64,000 nt of DNA from an uncultured Thermoplasmata archaeon. Its GTDB lineage: Archaea > Thermoplasmatota > Thermoplasmata > Halarchaeoplasmatales > Halarchaeoplasmataceae. Shown piece by piece: positions 36,879 through 47,600 of this stretch. How positions within the stretch are numbered: position 1 is the first letter of the stretch; every line of letters starts with the position of its first letter. The translations under genes were made by a program, and so were the position numbers. The DNA lies in assembly GCA_964462425.1 (NCBI GenBank), contig CAYWYD010000004.1, forward strand, positions 12,173-76,172, read 5' to 3'. Under the pieces are notes generated by a model, which was not told where the DNA came from, made no database searches, and was given only the letters and a program-made list of their open reading frames with translations.

Positions 36879-38810
36879 TTATTTTCCTTTCTTGGTGATC
36901 CAAACGGTAGCTAGTACAACCAGCGCCACTATGAAGACCACCGGTAGATAGTACTGAGGCTTTACCAGCGATCCTATCCCCGTCTCAGCCCTAGAGACCT
37001 CTATGCTGTGTGTCGAAAAGTGTGGGACCATCACTAAGACCTCTATTTTCTCCGAACCGATGCTTACCAGGTACTCCGCGTCGTCGGATGAATCTGTAAG
37101 ATCTTTATAATCATCGGCCATGTCGATCTCTTCTTCATCAAATGTCACTTCTATTTCTTCAGCCTTTTCAGCGTCTAGCGCGTCTTTGTAGATCCTTAGA
37201 GCTACGACCTTTCCTTCTTCTCCAAGCGTGTCAGATGATACTGTCACTCGTACTCTTTCGTTTTGCTGGGCCTGTGTCATGATCTGCATGTCGGCATAGC
37301 TCACCGATGTCTCTGAGATTCTATCTCCGTCTCTGTCCACTATGACTTCTCCTCCTACTTTACCTTGAGAGATGCCATCTGAGATGTTCTTGTCCATCTC
37401 CCGTTCCCTTTCGCGCTCTCTTTCACGTTCTCTTTCTTCTCCTTCAAACCCTGTCATCCTGAACACTAGGAAGAGGTCATCTTCGAAGGTGTAGTTGACA
37501 ACCCCATCACCAATATCGATATCTAAAGATTTGTTCCATGGCTCCTCTCCTTCGGAGACCGAAAGTAGCTTAGCTGTGCGATTGCCATGAGACAAGATCA
37601 AATTAGGCCCTTCTTGTTCAACCACCTCTAGATCACCTAGGTCGAAGCTCACTTTACGGGGAGTATCTTTTCTGTTCTCTGTTTCTATGTCGAGGAGTTC
37701 ACCGGTATAGCCATCGATCTTCAACCCGTATATCTTTTCGTCTCCTACGATCTCTATTTCATAAGAGGGATAAGCTTCATCGCCTTCTACTTCGAGTTCT
37801 AGACTCTCAAGAGTACCGTTAGCTATCCCATATGCGACCTCGAGTGCCTCCTCATGACCTATCAATTGATCCCATTCTGGCGTCACGTCCTCATCCTCAT
37901 CGTAATCATTCATTTCGGATCCAAGGACCTCACCAGTATACGCATCGACTGCTATTTGATGTACCTTTTCATCTTCTACGATCTCCATATGGTAGAGGTA
38001 TCTATCTTCGTCTTCTTCAAGCTCGAAATCGGTCAAGGTTCCATTGACATTTTCAAACGCGATATCCAGCGCTTCTTCTCTGCCTATCAGTTGATCCCAT
38101 TCCGGCGTTAAATCGCTCTCGTAGTCTGATCTAGCATCGATCTTCATCAGGGCGGGCGCCACGTCATATATCTTGATCCCTGTATCCTCGCCCTCGATCT
38201 CATAGATAGCTCCGTCGGTTTCGTTCTCCTCGATGACCATATCTGGAATTATCACATTCTCGAAAAGGAAGAACTCGGTATTATTCATCTGCAGCGTGTA
38301 ATTGGCTATCCCGTTTTCTAGCAATTCAAAGGAAGTAAAAGTGCCTTCGGTTCTATTCCAGGAACCAACGCCTCCTTCGTCATCATCCTCATCGTCGTCC
38401 TCTTCACCTTCTTCACCTTCCTCACCTTCTTCATCGCCGTCTTCGTCGTCCTCTTCGCCTTCATCGTCGTCTTCCTCATCCTCATCATCGCCGTCGTTCT
38501 CTCCATCGTCTTCCTCGCCTTCGCTATCATCTTCATCACTTTCACTGTCATTACCTTCATCGGTTTCTTCACTTTCGCTGTCTTCCCCTTCCTCTTCATC
38601 GCCATCGTCGGTTTCATTGTCATCGTGTTCTCCTTCTTCATCCTCGCCGGCACTGTCGTCACCACTATCATCACTTTCGTCGGCATCATCCCTGGCCATT
38701 GAAGGTCCTAGTTGACTATCTCCTCTAAAAGCTATACTCAATCCCGATGTCACCAGGAAAATCGCCATTAACCCTACTAACGCTATCGTTACCAATCTTT
38801 TCGTTCTCAT
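36879..38810 (-). CDS. secreted membrane-anchored protein with two PepSY-like repeats, a poly-D/E tract of about 125 aa and an (ER)n repeat
   Basis: Signal anchor MRTKRLVTIALVGLMAIFLV. Acidic tract DDADESDDSGDD...EDDDEDDDEGG. Two repeats TPEWDQLIG.EEAL..A..........L...ELE.E.....Y..EI.......H.I..D.YTGE.L, which match the PepSY pattern. EREREREREREREM. C-terminal TM YYLPVVFIVALVVLATVWITKKGK. Confidence 0.7.
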   Translation of the reverse strand: MRTKRLVTIALVGLMAIFLVTSGLSIAFRGDSQLGPSMARDDADESDDSGDDSAGEDEEGEHDDNETDDGDEEEGEDSESEETDEGNDSESDEDDSEGEEDDGENDGDDEDEEDDDEGEEDDEDGDEEGEEGEEGEEDDDEDDDEGGVGSWNRTEGTFTSFELLENGIANYTLQMNNTEFFLFENVIIPDMVIEENETDGAIYEIEGEDTGIKIYDVAPALMKIDARSDYESDLTPEWDQLIGREEALDIAFENVNGTLTDFELEEDEDRYLYHMEIVEDEKVHQIAVDAYTGEVLGSEMNDYDEDEDVTPEWDQLIGHEEALEVAYGIANGTLESLELEVEGDEAYPSYEIEIVGDEKIYGLKIDGYTGELLDIETENRKDTPRKVSFDLGDLEVVEQEGPNLILSHGNRTAKLLSVSEGEEPWNKSLDIDIGDGVVNYTFEDDLFLVFRMTGFEGEEREREREREREREMDKNISDGISQGKVGGEVIVDRDGDRISETSVSYADMQIMTQAQQNERVRVTVSSDTLGEEGKVVALRIYKDALDAEKAEEIEVTFDEEEIDMADDYKDLTDSSDDAEYLVSIGSEKIEVLVMVPHFSTHSIEVSRAETGIGSLVKPQYYLPVVFIVALVVLATVWITKKGK

Positions 38811-38968
38811 CTTATCACATATGAAAAAGGGTTATTCCTTATTTATAAGGGTTATTTCACCATTTTCGAACAAACATAAATCTAGACTCCGATTGACGAT
38901 CTTTTAAGGAGAACCTCGATCCTGAATTACTTGACTTGGTAAACGACACTCCTCCATTTCATCATATT

Positions 38969-39319
38969 TCAGATATTCATATCGAAGCCTTTAGGATAAA
39001 AGATCGAGAGTACGAACAGCGCCACTAAACCTAAACCTCCAGCCCAGCTCAGCAGTAACACAACCGAAGGAAAGGTGACGATCGTGAAAACCATGTAAAG
39101 AAGGTATATTATCAGCAGTATCGTACCCACTGTTAGGAAAAGGTAGGCGGACTCTTTTTTACCAGTGTCCCAGTCCGAAACGCCGGAGGGATATCTCAAG
39201 CCTATATATCCAAGGAGGACAAAGGTCAATATGAACAAAGACCAGAAGGGATTCGTACCTAGTGAGAGTAGAACGATGAATACGATGACCGATAAAAAGA
39301 TCAGCACGCGATCTCTCAT
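38969..39319 (-). CDS. small polytopic membrane protein (116 aa, 4 TM)
   Basis: Hydrophobic helices throughout. Its start codon directly abuts the stop of the AAA gene upstream. Confidence 0.5.
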   Translation of the reverse strand: MRDRVLIFLSVIVFIVLLSLGTNPFWSLFILTFVLLGYIGLRYPSGVSDWDTGKKESAYLFLTVGTILLIIYLLYMVFTIVTFPSVVLLLSWAGGLGLVALFVLSIFYPKGFDMNI

Positions 39320-42300
39320 CTATTTACTCTCCTCCTTGGACTCCTCAAAACTCTCCACCGACTCCAACATATCTTCGGAGAGCGAAGGCGAAGTCTCCTC
39401 TATGACTTCTTCCAACATCTCCTGACTTATCTTGGCTTTCTTCTTTTTGGATTTACTTACGGCCTTGATCTTCGCTTCTTCAACGCAGCTCTTGATATCA
39501 CTGGACGTGAAACCTTCGGTCATCTCCGCAAGTTTTCCATAGTCCAAATCAGCTTCCGTTGGCACGGTATCGAGTTCGTTGATGAACAGCTCGCTCCTTC
39601 TTTCAAAGTCCGGCGGCGGGACGTGGATCGTCTTTTCGAATCTTCCTCTCTGGAAGAGTGCATCCTTGATCTTGTCAGGGTAGTGACTGGTCGCTATCAA
39701 ACCTATGTCCTCTTCCTCTTCTAGATCGTCAATCAAGTTGAGTAGAGCGGCTAGAGCCTTCGGAGCCGACATCCCTGAGATCTCTACACCGGCTATTTTC
39801 TCTAGTTCAGTTATCACTATGACTGAAGGTGCGATATCTCTCATATCCTTGAACAGTTTTTTTATCGTCCCTCTACCTTCCTCGGACACACCCTCTTTGA
39901 ACTCTCTCCCAGAGATCACTCTCATCGATATTCCTACTTTGTTGCCCGACGCTTTTATCAAGCTCAGTTTTTGACATCCTCTAGGACCATAGAGCAGCAG
40001 ATTTTTCGTCCCCGAGATGTCGAATTCTTCGATCAATTTGGACTCCGTCAGCGGTAAGAGGAATTCGTCTTTGATCGCACGCTTCGCCTCAGATAAATCC
40101 GGGATCTGGTCCAAAGTGACTCCTCGTTCCATCTCAGGTCTCTTGACCTCGTGCATCTTTCTCTCGTACTTGGACCTGACCTTCTGGTACTCCTCTCTCA
40201 TTGAAGGCGTGATGCTTGGACTCATCTGTTTCAGAACTTCGTTTATATCGTCTTCAGTGATGTGCTCGACTCCTCCACTGTCTAGAGATTTTCTCATGGC
40301 GAAGGTCGCGCTCTCCTTTGCCAGGTTGGCCAGATCCGCTCCAGAGAACCCTTCAGTCTTACGGGCCACCTTATCGAAGTCAACACTAGATGAGATCGGT
40401 TTATCCCTGAGATGTATGTTCAAGATCTCTTTTCTCTCCTCTTTATCCGGAGGTGGCACGTAGATTATCTTATCGAACCTTCCCGGCCTTAACAGCGCGG
40501 GATCGACCATATCCGGCTTGTTGGTGGATCCGACCATGATGATACCTTCGGCTCTATCCATCCCGTCTAATTCCGATAAAAGTAAGGAGAGAAGCCTCGG
40601 CGTGACGTCGTCCGCTGAATACATATCTCTTTTCTTCGCTATCGCGTCTATCTCGTCGAAGAATATGATACACGGCTTCCTTTCTCGGGCCGCTTTGAAC
40701 AGCTTCATCATGCTTTCCTCGCTCTCTCCGTACCACCGGGACATCACGTCGCCGCACTTCACGTTGATCATCTCGACATCTAGTTCAGTAGCTAAAGCTT
40801 TCATCAATAGAGTTTTACCACATCCGGGAGGTCCATAGAGAAGGACGCCTTTAGACGTCTCTACACCGAATTTTTCTGATATCTCCGGCCGCAATAGTGG
40901 CATTAATATACTTTCTTTAACATCCTGTTTCACGTCCTCTAATCCTCCAACACTCTCGAAGGGCGTTTCACCTAAATCTACCATCTCAGCTACCCGAGTA
41001 CCTACGTCGGAAACGCCTAACTGTCCTCTATAGTACTCTTTGAAAAGGCTCTTGGTCATGTGGCCTAATCCCTGGCTCAGATAAGCTAATGCGATGCCAC
41101 CTGCTAGGAACCCGGCGGCGAGTCCTATATCAAGACCGCTTATCCCGGATAAATAATCGAAGTAGATCAATCCTATAAGCGGAGAAGCCCCAAGGAGGAG
41201 AGAACTACTGACAGCGATCTTCCAATTTTTCTTCGAAGGATACTTCAACCATTCACTTATCTTATCATATTTCGGTCCTTTGGTCTCAACCATCCTCGAT
41301 ATCAGATAAAGTGCGATACACCACAGCAGTATCTGGAAGAACGGAAGTATCGAAGCTCCGAAATTGTTGGATAAAACCGTTTCGATTATACCCGCGTTAG
41401 CTCCGCTTATGCTGCCGAGCGCACTCCCTAGCGAACTAGGTCGGAAAGATGAAACGATAGGTTTATCGAACCGCATAAAAGCGCTCTCGTGAGGGTACGA
41501 AGTGACGAGTCCGATGAGCTCAAGATTGCCGCTCGACGAAGTCATCACCAAAAATGTTCCCGCTACCGCCGTCGAGATGATAGCTAGGAAAGAACTGAAC
41601 AGTATGACCGACATCACCGGAACCAGGAAAACCGCTCCGAATCTCGCCAAAAACAAGATAGAGAATACGAGAAATCCGAACCTCCAGTCAAAGAAGGAAG
41701 CCAGTAAAATAAGGAGAGAAAATACCAAAAAGACTAGACCAAATTCCGGTGATTGATACGCCGCAGCGCCTGTAACGAGAAGGCTGAGTATCAGAAGGGC
41801 GTTGAAGGGGAACTTGTAAGCGATAGCGCCGATCACTACGGATAGGACCAATATCATCCACCATGGGTAGAAGGGTGCAAAAATCAACCCCACCAAAGAA
41901 AGGAGGAAAAAGCCCGCAGGTACCAAGAATTCAGGTTCCCGGGTCTCTTCCATGATCTTATCCCAGAGATCGTCCATCATCGGATAAGAACTGCCTCTAT
42001 CTCTTCCTTCTCCCTCTTTAAGATCCACTCTTTTTGCCTGCTTCTTCTTGTAAACCCATCCTAGACAAAGGATCGGAACGATTATAGCAGCTACAAGGCC
42101 GCCCAGTACGGGAATCTGTGGAAATGAGATCATCCCGTGTTTCAAGGTCTCTTCGGGTTCCATATCGAACTGGAATATCCCTTCATCTTCGGTTTCCTCT
42201 CCGGTCAATTGTATGTTTCTCGAACTAGTTTCTCCTTCGTACTCCACGATTACCAGATAGTTCCCGGCGGAGAGCGGTTCATCGACGGTGACCTGCCCTT

Positions 42301-43225
42301 CTTCCGTAGTACCTTCAAACAAAACCTCCCCATCACTGGTTTCAACACGGACCACTGCACCGTCTATGTATCTGTCGTTCAGATCGTCATAAGCAACTAT
42401 AACGGGTTGGATAAGCTGTTCTCCAGCCTGGACCGTGTATGTTTCGTTTTCGGACGTGATAGCGTTATCATAGATATCATATGCTTCAACATAAAAAGTC
42501 ACAGTGGTGTTCTCGGGATAGGCGGGGATAGTAGCTACCCATTCCCCGTTATCTTCTTCGAACACTTCTGTAGCGTCCTGAGGTTCGCGCTCGGGCTGAT
42601 CGATCGTAGCCCAAATCCGAGCTGAATCTATCTCGACTTCCTGTTCCTCAGCCTCCTGTGTCTTGACGAGAGTTATATTAACCTGCTGGTCCGAGGTCGG
42701 GTTCATGGGCTCATAACTGAAATCTAGATTGTCTTCGAATTGATCCGAGATCCAGGCGCCTTTTTCGCTGACCGTGTAAGTAAAATTCTCTGAACGATAC
42801 CAGTCTATCTCATCCAAAGTCGCGTTGACCCAGAACCTGACTTCCGTGTTAGGCGTATGATATTCCGGCTCGATAACAGCGTTCATTAAAGTTCCATTTT
42901 CCCCTGCTTCCATAAGGTACCCACCGATTTCGGAGAAATTCTCTTCTCCTTCCTCTCTATACTGAAACCTGAGGTGGGCTTGCGAGATATTTTCATCCTC
43001 TATGCTTTCCACGGTAACCTCGACACCGTGATCTGGGTCCGGTTGTTGGGGCGTATACTCTAGTTCGAATAGATCATCGAATTCCTGCTCTTGATAATTC
43101 AGTCCTGGGTCATCTCCTTCTACGAATCCCAGTAAAGCTCCTGAAAAGACTCCAAGCAGGAGCAAACCGACCAACAAACATACGACCAATTTATTTCCAT
43201 CTAATTCTATATCCATATATATCAA
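39320..43225 (-). CDS. large polytopic membrane protein with extracytoplasmic N-terminal domain and C-terminal CDC48-like double AAA+ ATPase (active D1, degenerate D2)
   Basis: Signal anchor (LVVCLLVGLLLLGVFSGALLGFV). Acidic N-terminal ectodomain of about 330 aa with a prealbumin-like beta region. About 8 TM helices between aa 360 and 720. D1 has Walker A LLYGPPGCGKTLL, Walker B CIIFFDEIDAI, and SRH GSTNKPDMVDPALLRPGRFD. D2 reads LLLYGPRGCQKLSL (Lys followed by Leu rather than Ser/Thr) with GRFEKTIHVPPP. Confidence 0.8.
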   Translation of the reverse strand: MIYMDIELDGNKLVVCLLVGLLLLGVFSGALLGFVEGDDPGLNYQEQEFDDLFELEYTPQQPDPDHGVEVTVESIEDENISQAHLRFQYREEGEENFSEIGGYLMEAGENGTLMNAVIEPEYHTPNTEVRFWVNATLDEIDWYRSENFTYTVSEKGAWISDQFEDNLDFSYEPMNPTSDQQVNITLVKTQEAEEQEVEIDSARIWATIDQPEREPQDATEVFEEDNGEWVATIPAYPENTTVTFYVEAYDIYDNAITSENETYTVQAGEQLIQPVIVAYDDLNDRYIDGAVVRVETSDGEVLFEGTTEEGQVTVDEPLSAGNYLVIVEYEGETSSRNIQLTGEETEDEGIFQFDMEPEETLKHGMISFPQIPVLGGLVAAIIVPILCLGWVYKKKQAKRVDLKEGEGRDRGSSYPMMDDLWDKIMEETREPEFLVPAGFFLLSLVGLIFAPFYPWWMILVLSVVIGAIAYKFPFNALLILSLLVTGAAAYQSPEFGLVFLVFSLLILLASFFDWRFGFLVFSILFLARFGAVFLVPVMSVILFSSFLAIISTAVAGTFLVMTSSSGNLELIGLVTSYPHESAFMRFDKPIVSSFRPSSLGSALGSISGANAGIIETVLSNNFGASILPFFQILLWCIALYLISRMVETKGPKYDKISEWLKYPSKKNWKIAVSSSLLLGASPLIGLIYFDYLSGISGLDIGLAAGFLAGGIALAYLSQGLGHMTKSLFKEYYRGQLGVSDVGTRVAEMVDLGETPFESVGGLEDVKQDVKESILMPLLRPEISEKFGVETSKGVLLYGPPGCGKTLLMKALATELDVEMINVKCGDVMSRWYGESEESMMKLFKAARERKPCIIFFDEIDAIAKKRDMYSADDVTPRLLSLLLSELDGMDRAEGIIMVGSTNKPDMVDPALLRPGRFDKIIYVPPPDKEERKEILNIHLRDKPISSSVDFDKVARKTEGFSGADLANLAKESATFAMRKSLDSGGVEHITEDDINEVLKQMSPSITPSMREEYQKVRSKYERKMHEVKRPEMERGVTLDQIPDLSEAKRAIKDEFLLPLTESKLIEEFDISGTKNLLLYGPRGCQKLSLIKASGNKVGISMRVISGREFKEGVSEEGRGTIKKLFKDMRDIAPSVIVITELEKIAGVEISGMSAPKALAALLNLIDDLEEEEDIGLIATSHYPDKIKDALFQRGRFEKTIHVPPPDFERRSELFINELDTVPTEADLDYGKLAEMTEGFTSSDIKSCVEEAKIKAVSKSKKKKAKISQEMLEEVIEETSPSLSEDMLESVESFEESKEESK

Positions 43226-44625
43226 CTCTCGTTCAAGGTGTAACCTAAACTACTCTCTTCTTTCTTCTCATCATCTTCTTTAGATTTCTTTCCGGCTCTC
43301 ATGCCTACTCCTTCTTTTTCTTCCACACTGACTTGGTCTTTTAAAGCTTCACCCAATCCAAGACCCACGAAAGGAGCGAAAATGGCCTGATAACCCGCGG
43401 TTTGAGCCACTGGCTGTAAAGACGCCTGCGGTAGCACTGAGGCCGTACCTACAGGGGGTGAAGGCATGGGAAAGATCTCGGGTGGCGGAGGGGGTGGTGC
43501 CGCCGCCGGTGGTGGAGGCGGAGGGGGTGGTGGAGCCGTTGTTTGTATAATCCCGTATATCGAGTGATCCGGGAGCGGGGTAAAATTGTTCTGTCCGTCC
43601 CAAGGCCTGACGTAATACAGGCCGGCCTGCTCGGTGAAGACGGAGTGGTGACCCCTTTTAGTAGTGCTGATATTGAAACTCACTTCCCAACTATCGCCCA
43701 ATCTCATGGTATCGTTAAGATCCCATTCCACCACTGTTTTAGCATCCGTAGATATATTATCAGGGGTTTTAGAAAAGTAAGAAGTATTCAACTGGATATG
43801 GTCTTTGAATTCAGTTCTGACCTCTATATTTTCTCCGGTCAGGTCGGTATAAAATTGATCTGAAATGTTCAGGTACGTATCTACCAATTGATCCGGGTCT
43901 TCGACATAATGATATTCCCCTCCAGTTTTACTAGCCATCCAATTGAGGAGATCGTCGTTCACATCATCTCCCATCCCTATGGTGAACATGGTGACGTTAT
44001 TATCAATGACGCGGTTCATGGTTTCTCGGGTCACGTTATAAGTTGGATTCCCATCCGAGAGGAATATCTCCAATTGCTGTTTCTCTGGATCACCGTATTC
44101 TATCAACTCGTCGGTAGCTTTATCGATGGATTCTTCATAATTTGTCCGACCGCCAGGTTCCTGCCCCATCTCGAGACTTTCTTTCACGCTTTCATAATCT
44201 TGAGATAGAGGATGCTCTAAGGTGGCGTTCGTCGCTAACTTTATCACGCCGGCTCTATCCGGTGGTACCATGTTTTCAACGTAGGCTTGAGTGGCTTCTA
44301 TCCTCTCATGATTGGGATCCCAGATGGCGGATCTCTGCGAAAAATCAACTACCAGCATTGTATCCTGTGGATCAAACTTCAGAGCTTTCTGACCTGTGGC
44401 CTTGAAGCTGAGATTAATCTGAACTTCATCCGGCTCTTCGTTCTCCTGAAGAGGCCATACTCTATCGCTGCTTCCCTCGACCGTTATATCGAAATATGGA
44501 TTAGGATCGTAGGAGTCTTCAAAAGACTTCTCAGCCTGAACATTCGCCGAGTTAAGCAGACAAACGGCTAAGAAGATGACCGAAATCCAGAGGGTGACTT
44601 TATTTCTCCTAAACATCGAGTGCAT
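43222..44625 (-). CDS. secreted von Willebrand factor A (vWA) domain protein with polyproline linker
   Basis: Signal peptide VTLWISVIFLAVCLLNSANVQA. vWA-like motifs LVVDFSQRS, GGRTN, FLSDGNPT and MFTIGMGDDVNDDLLNWMASKTGGEYHYV. PPPPPPPPPAAAPPPPPP tract. Overlaps the downstream AAA gene by 4 bp. Confidence 0.75.
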   Translation of the reverse strand: MHSMFRRNKVTLWISVIFLAVCLLNSANVQAEKSFEDSYDPNPYFDITVEGSSDRVWPLQENEEPDEVQINLSFKATGQKALKFDPQDTMLVVDFSQRSAIWDPNHERIEATQAYVENMVPPDRAGVIKLATNATLEHPLSQDYESVKESLEMGQEPGGRTNYEESIDKATDELIEYGDPEKQQLEIFLSDGNPTYNVTRETMNRVIDNNVTMFTIGMGDDVNDDLLNWMASKTGGEYHYVEDPDQLVDTYLNISDQFYTDLTGENIEVRTEFKDHIQLNTSYFSKTPDNISTDAKTVVEWDLNDTMRLGDSWEVSFNISTTKRGHHSVFTEQAGLYYVRPWDGQNNFTPLPDHSIYGIIQTTAPPPPPPPPPAAAPPPPPPEIFPMPSPPVGTASVLPQASLQPVAQTAGYQAIFAPFVGLGLGEALKDQVSVEEKEGVGMRAGKKSKEDDEKKEESSLGYTLNES

Positions 44626-44631
44626 TGCACC

Positions 44632-47600
44632 TCATTCCTTGTCAGAAGGTAAATCCGCTTCCATCACGGAATCCATCAAACCCTTTTCTTCCCCTCCATC
44701 CCCTCCTTTTCCACCTTTCTCTGATTTCAAGGATAAGCCCATCTCCTTCAATTTTTCTTCTAGATGTTCAGCTCTTTTCTCCCCGATTCCTTTTATATTC
44801 TTCAACTCGTCCTTCGTCTTATTGGTGAGTTCCTCCACCGAGGTTATCTCTTGATTCTTCAATCTAGCTTCGACTCTGCCGTTCAAATTCAGCACTTCTA
44901 TCGAATGCCCTTGATCTTCTTTTTCCTCCACTGTTTCCTGTTTTCCTGTTTCCTTTTCCACTTGCTCTTCTTGCTTTTCTTTCTCTTTTCTTTTGGTTTT
45001 TTTCATAGGCCTAGCTTTCTTTTTCTTGACCTTTCTTTCACTCGGGGAGGCCCCACGGCTTTCTCCTTTCTCTTCTTCTTTTGAGCTGAGGGGAGAGGAT
45101 ATCCAACCGGATTCTTTTTCTTCTTCTTCCTCTTTTTCTCCTTCTTCTCCCTCCTTTTCCTCTCTTTTTATCCTCTCTCGAACTTCGTTTCTTCCGAGAT
45201 AAAGGATGAAAACGATCAGTATCAATATCAGGAGGAAACTTATCCCCGGTATATTGTTCTGGAATATTCCCCAATAGTCTGGAGGATTGTCCACTTCAAC
45301 GGTACCCGAATACTGATTGACGTTTCCCGCGCTGTCTTCGATCCTGATTACATAGGTATGTTCTCCGTCATCTTCCTCGGCAGCTTCCCACTGGTACATG
45401 TATGTATTATTTTTGACCAGCATCATGTCTTGCCATCCTCTCCCGTCTATGTTGATCTGTACATTTTCAACACCGGCTAAACTGGACACGTTCAACGAGA
45501 AAGTAGTAGAGCCCTGCACGCTGGTCTCGTTCAAGATGTTCTCTACAGGGCCGGTCATCTCTATCATCGGTCCTGCGTTATCCACGGTTATCTCAAATTG
45601 GCTGCCCCTTTCGTGCCCTGCGACGTCTACAACAGTTACATTCACGTCGAAGACTCCTCTACCATCTTCACCAGTAAGTTTGGTAGATTGTAAAAGATAA
45701 CTGTACTTGTTTTCTTCGGCAGTCTTTTCCATCGGGAACGGCCCGATATTTCCTTCGAACTCAATCATCACTTCCTGTACTTCGGAATCGACGAAGACTT
45801 TGATCTCGTGCTCTCCACTGATCACCTCTTCCCTTCTTGGGCTATGGAGTCGTATGGTAGGAGCTACATTATCCACTATAACTGTCACTTTTCTCGTCGT
45901 GATGTGTCCGGCTTCGTCGGTTGCTCTTACCGTTATGGTGTGTTCTCCATCGCTCAACCTTGTAGTGTTGAGTTCCTCAGAAATAGGTACAAATCCCGTA
46001 TCATCCACTGAGTACATGACACCCTTCATGAATTCATCCTCGGAAGTGACGTTGAGTTCCACCGTATCCCTGATGTACTCGCCATTTCTAGGAGAGTTGA
46101 TATCCAGCTCTGGTGCGTTGTTGTCAACGTGGAAACTTATAGTGTTAGTTCTGTGCATATTCCCTATAGGGTCTGTGGCAGTAGCATTAAATGTGTAAGT
46201 TCCGTCTGCGAGGTTCCTCGTATCTATCTCGTAAACATAATATCCGCTCTCTCTATCGAAGGAGAGTTCAAGAGTCTCATTGAATAGATGAGCTTCTACA
46301 CTCTCCACTTCTACTTCGTGTCTTGCGTTCACTCTAAATTGGAACCAGTCCTCCACGAATTGTTCCTCTATAGGACTGACTATAGAGGCCTCAGGTTCAG
46401 TATTGATAACCGTCACTCTTATCGTTCGCACTACGCTGTTGCCGGCTTGGTCCGTTGCCATGATATCTAAACTGTGCTCACCGTCGGAATAACCCGTGGT
46501 ATTCCATGGGACGATGATCGGGGTCCATCCTCCGTCGTCCACGCTGTAATAAGCCGGTCCCGGGAAAGCATCTTCAACTTCGGCATCTACTTCGACCTGA
46601 CCGGAAACGTATTCCCCGTGCCTCGGAGAATTTATAGTGAGCGAAGGATCGTGATTGACGACTCGGAACTCTATGGTCTCAGTGATATTCATCTTTCCCG
46701 ATAGATCGGTAGCGGATGCGGTCACGTTCCAATAACCGTCTTCCTGTTCCAGCGTCGTATCGAGTGTAGCTTCATGATATCCCGTACTGGGGTTGTAAGT
46801 CGCTTCTATCGTCCAATTCCCCGTATGGGGTTCGTCACTTACCAGAGCATAGATGTCGAGCACAACTGTCTCTATCCCGACCTTGTCGGCGGCACGTATT
46901 TGGAAAGTCAGATCTCCTTCGATGAATTGATCGGAAACCGGGTTCAATATCTCTACTTTGGGCTCGTGGTTATCGACGGTGACCTCGATCTCGTTTAGAG
47001 TCACATGCCCCACGTCGTCTCTAGCCCTTATCGCGATCGTGTGTTCGCCGTCCACTATCGTCGTGGTGTCCCACTCTGCTATCCACCCTCTCCCTAATTC
47101 GTATATGTTCAGCTCTTCCTCACTTAATTCTATACGGTATTCTCTCTTCCCATCTTCGGAAACAAACCATTTCCCGTCCTCCTCAGAAAGATTCGCATCC
47201 TCTTCAACCTCGTAACCTTTGTCTTCGAAGGCTTGCCGTAATGTCTCATTTATAACTCCTTCTTCCAAGCACTCCTCATATTCTGTTCTATTCAGGCTGA
47301 ACGAATACTCGTCTCTTTCTCTTTCCATCGAACTCCAAGTTCGCTCGTTTATCCTATACTCCACTTCGGGTATGAAGGGGTCGTCATCTATTTCGGCCGT
47401 GATATTCACCGTTCCTGAGACAAAGTCACCCTGTAAAGGTTCAAGATATTCGACCTCTGGAGGACTGTTGTCGATGAAGAAGTCTACCTCCCCAAGATCC
47501 GTCCGGAAACCAGCTTTGTCTATCACGGTAGCGTTAAATCGAGCTTCCCCATCAGTATATCGGAAGGTAGCGACCTCGAACATGTAAGAACCGGTAGTTA

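Noticed and set aside
38302-38715. Poly-Ser (SSSSPSSS...) ORF on the plus strand and a basic K/M/T-rich ORF (38318..38689) on the minus strand
   Set aside because: These are alternate-frame shadows of the GA-rich codons encoding the poly-D/E tract of the PepSY protein. They have no independent start context.
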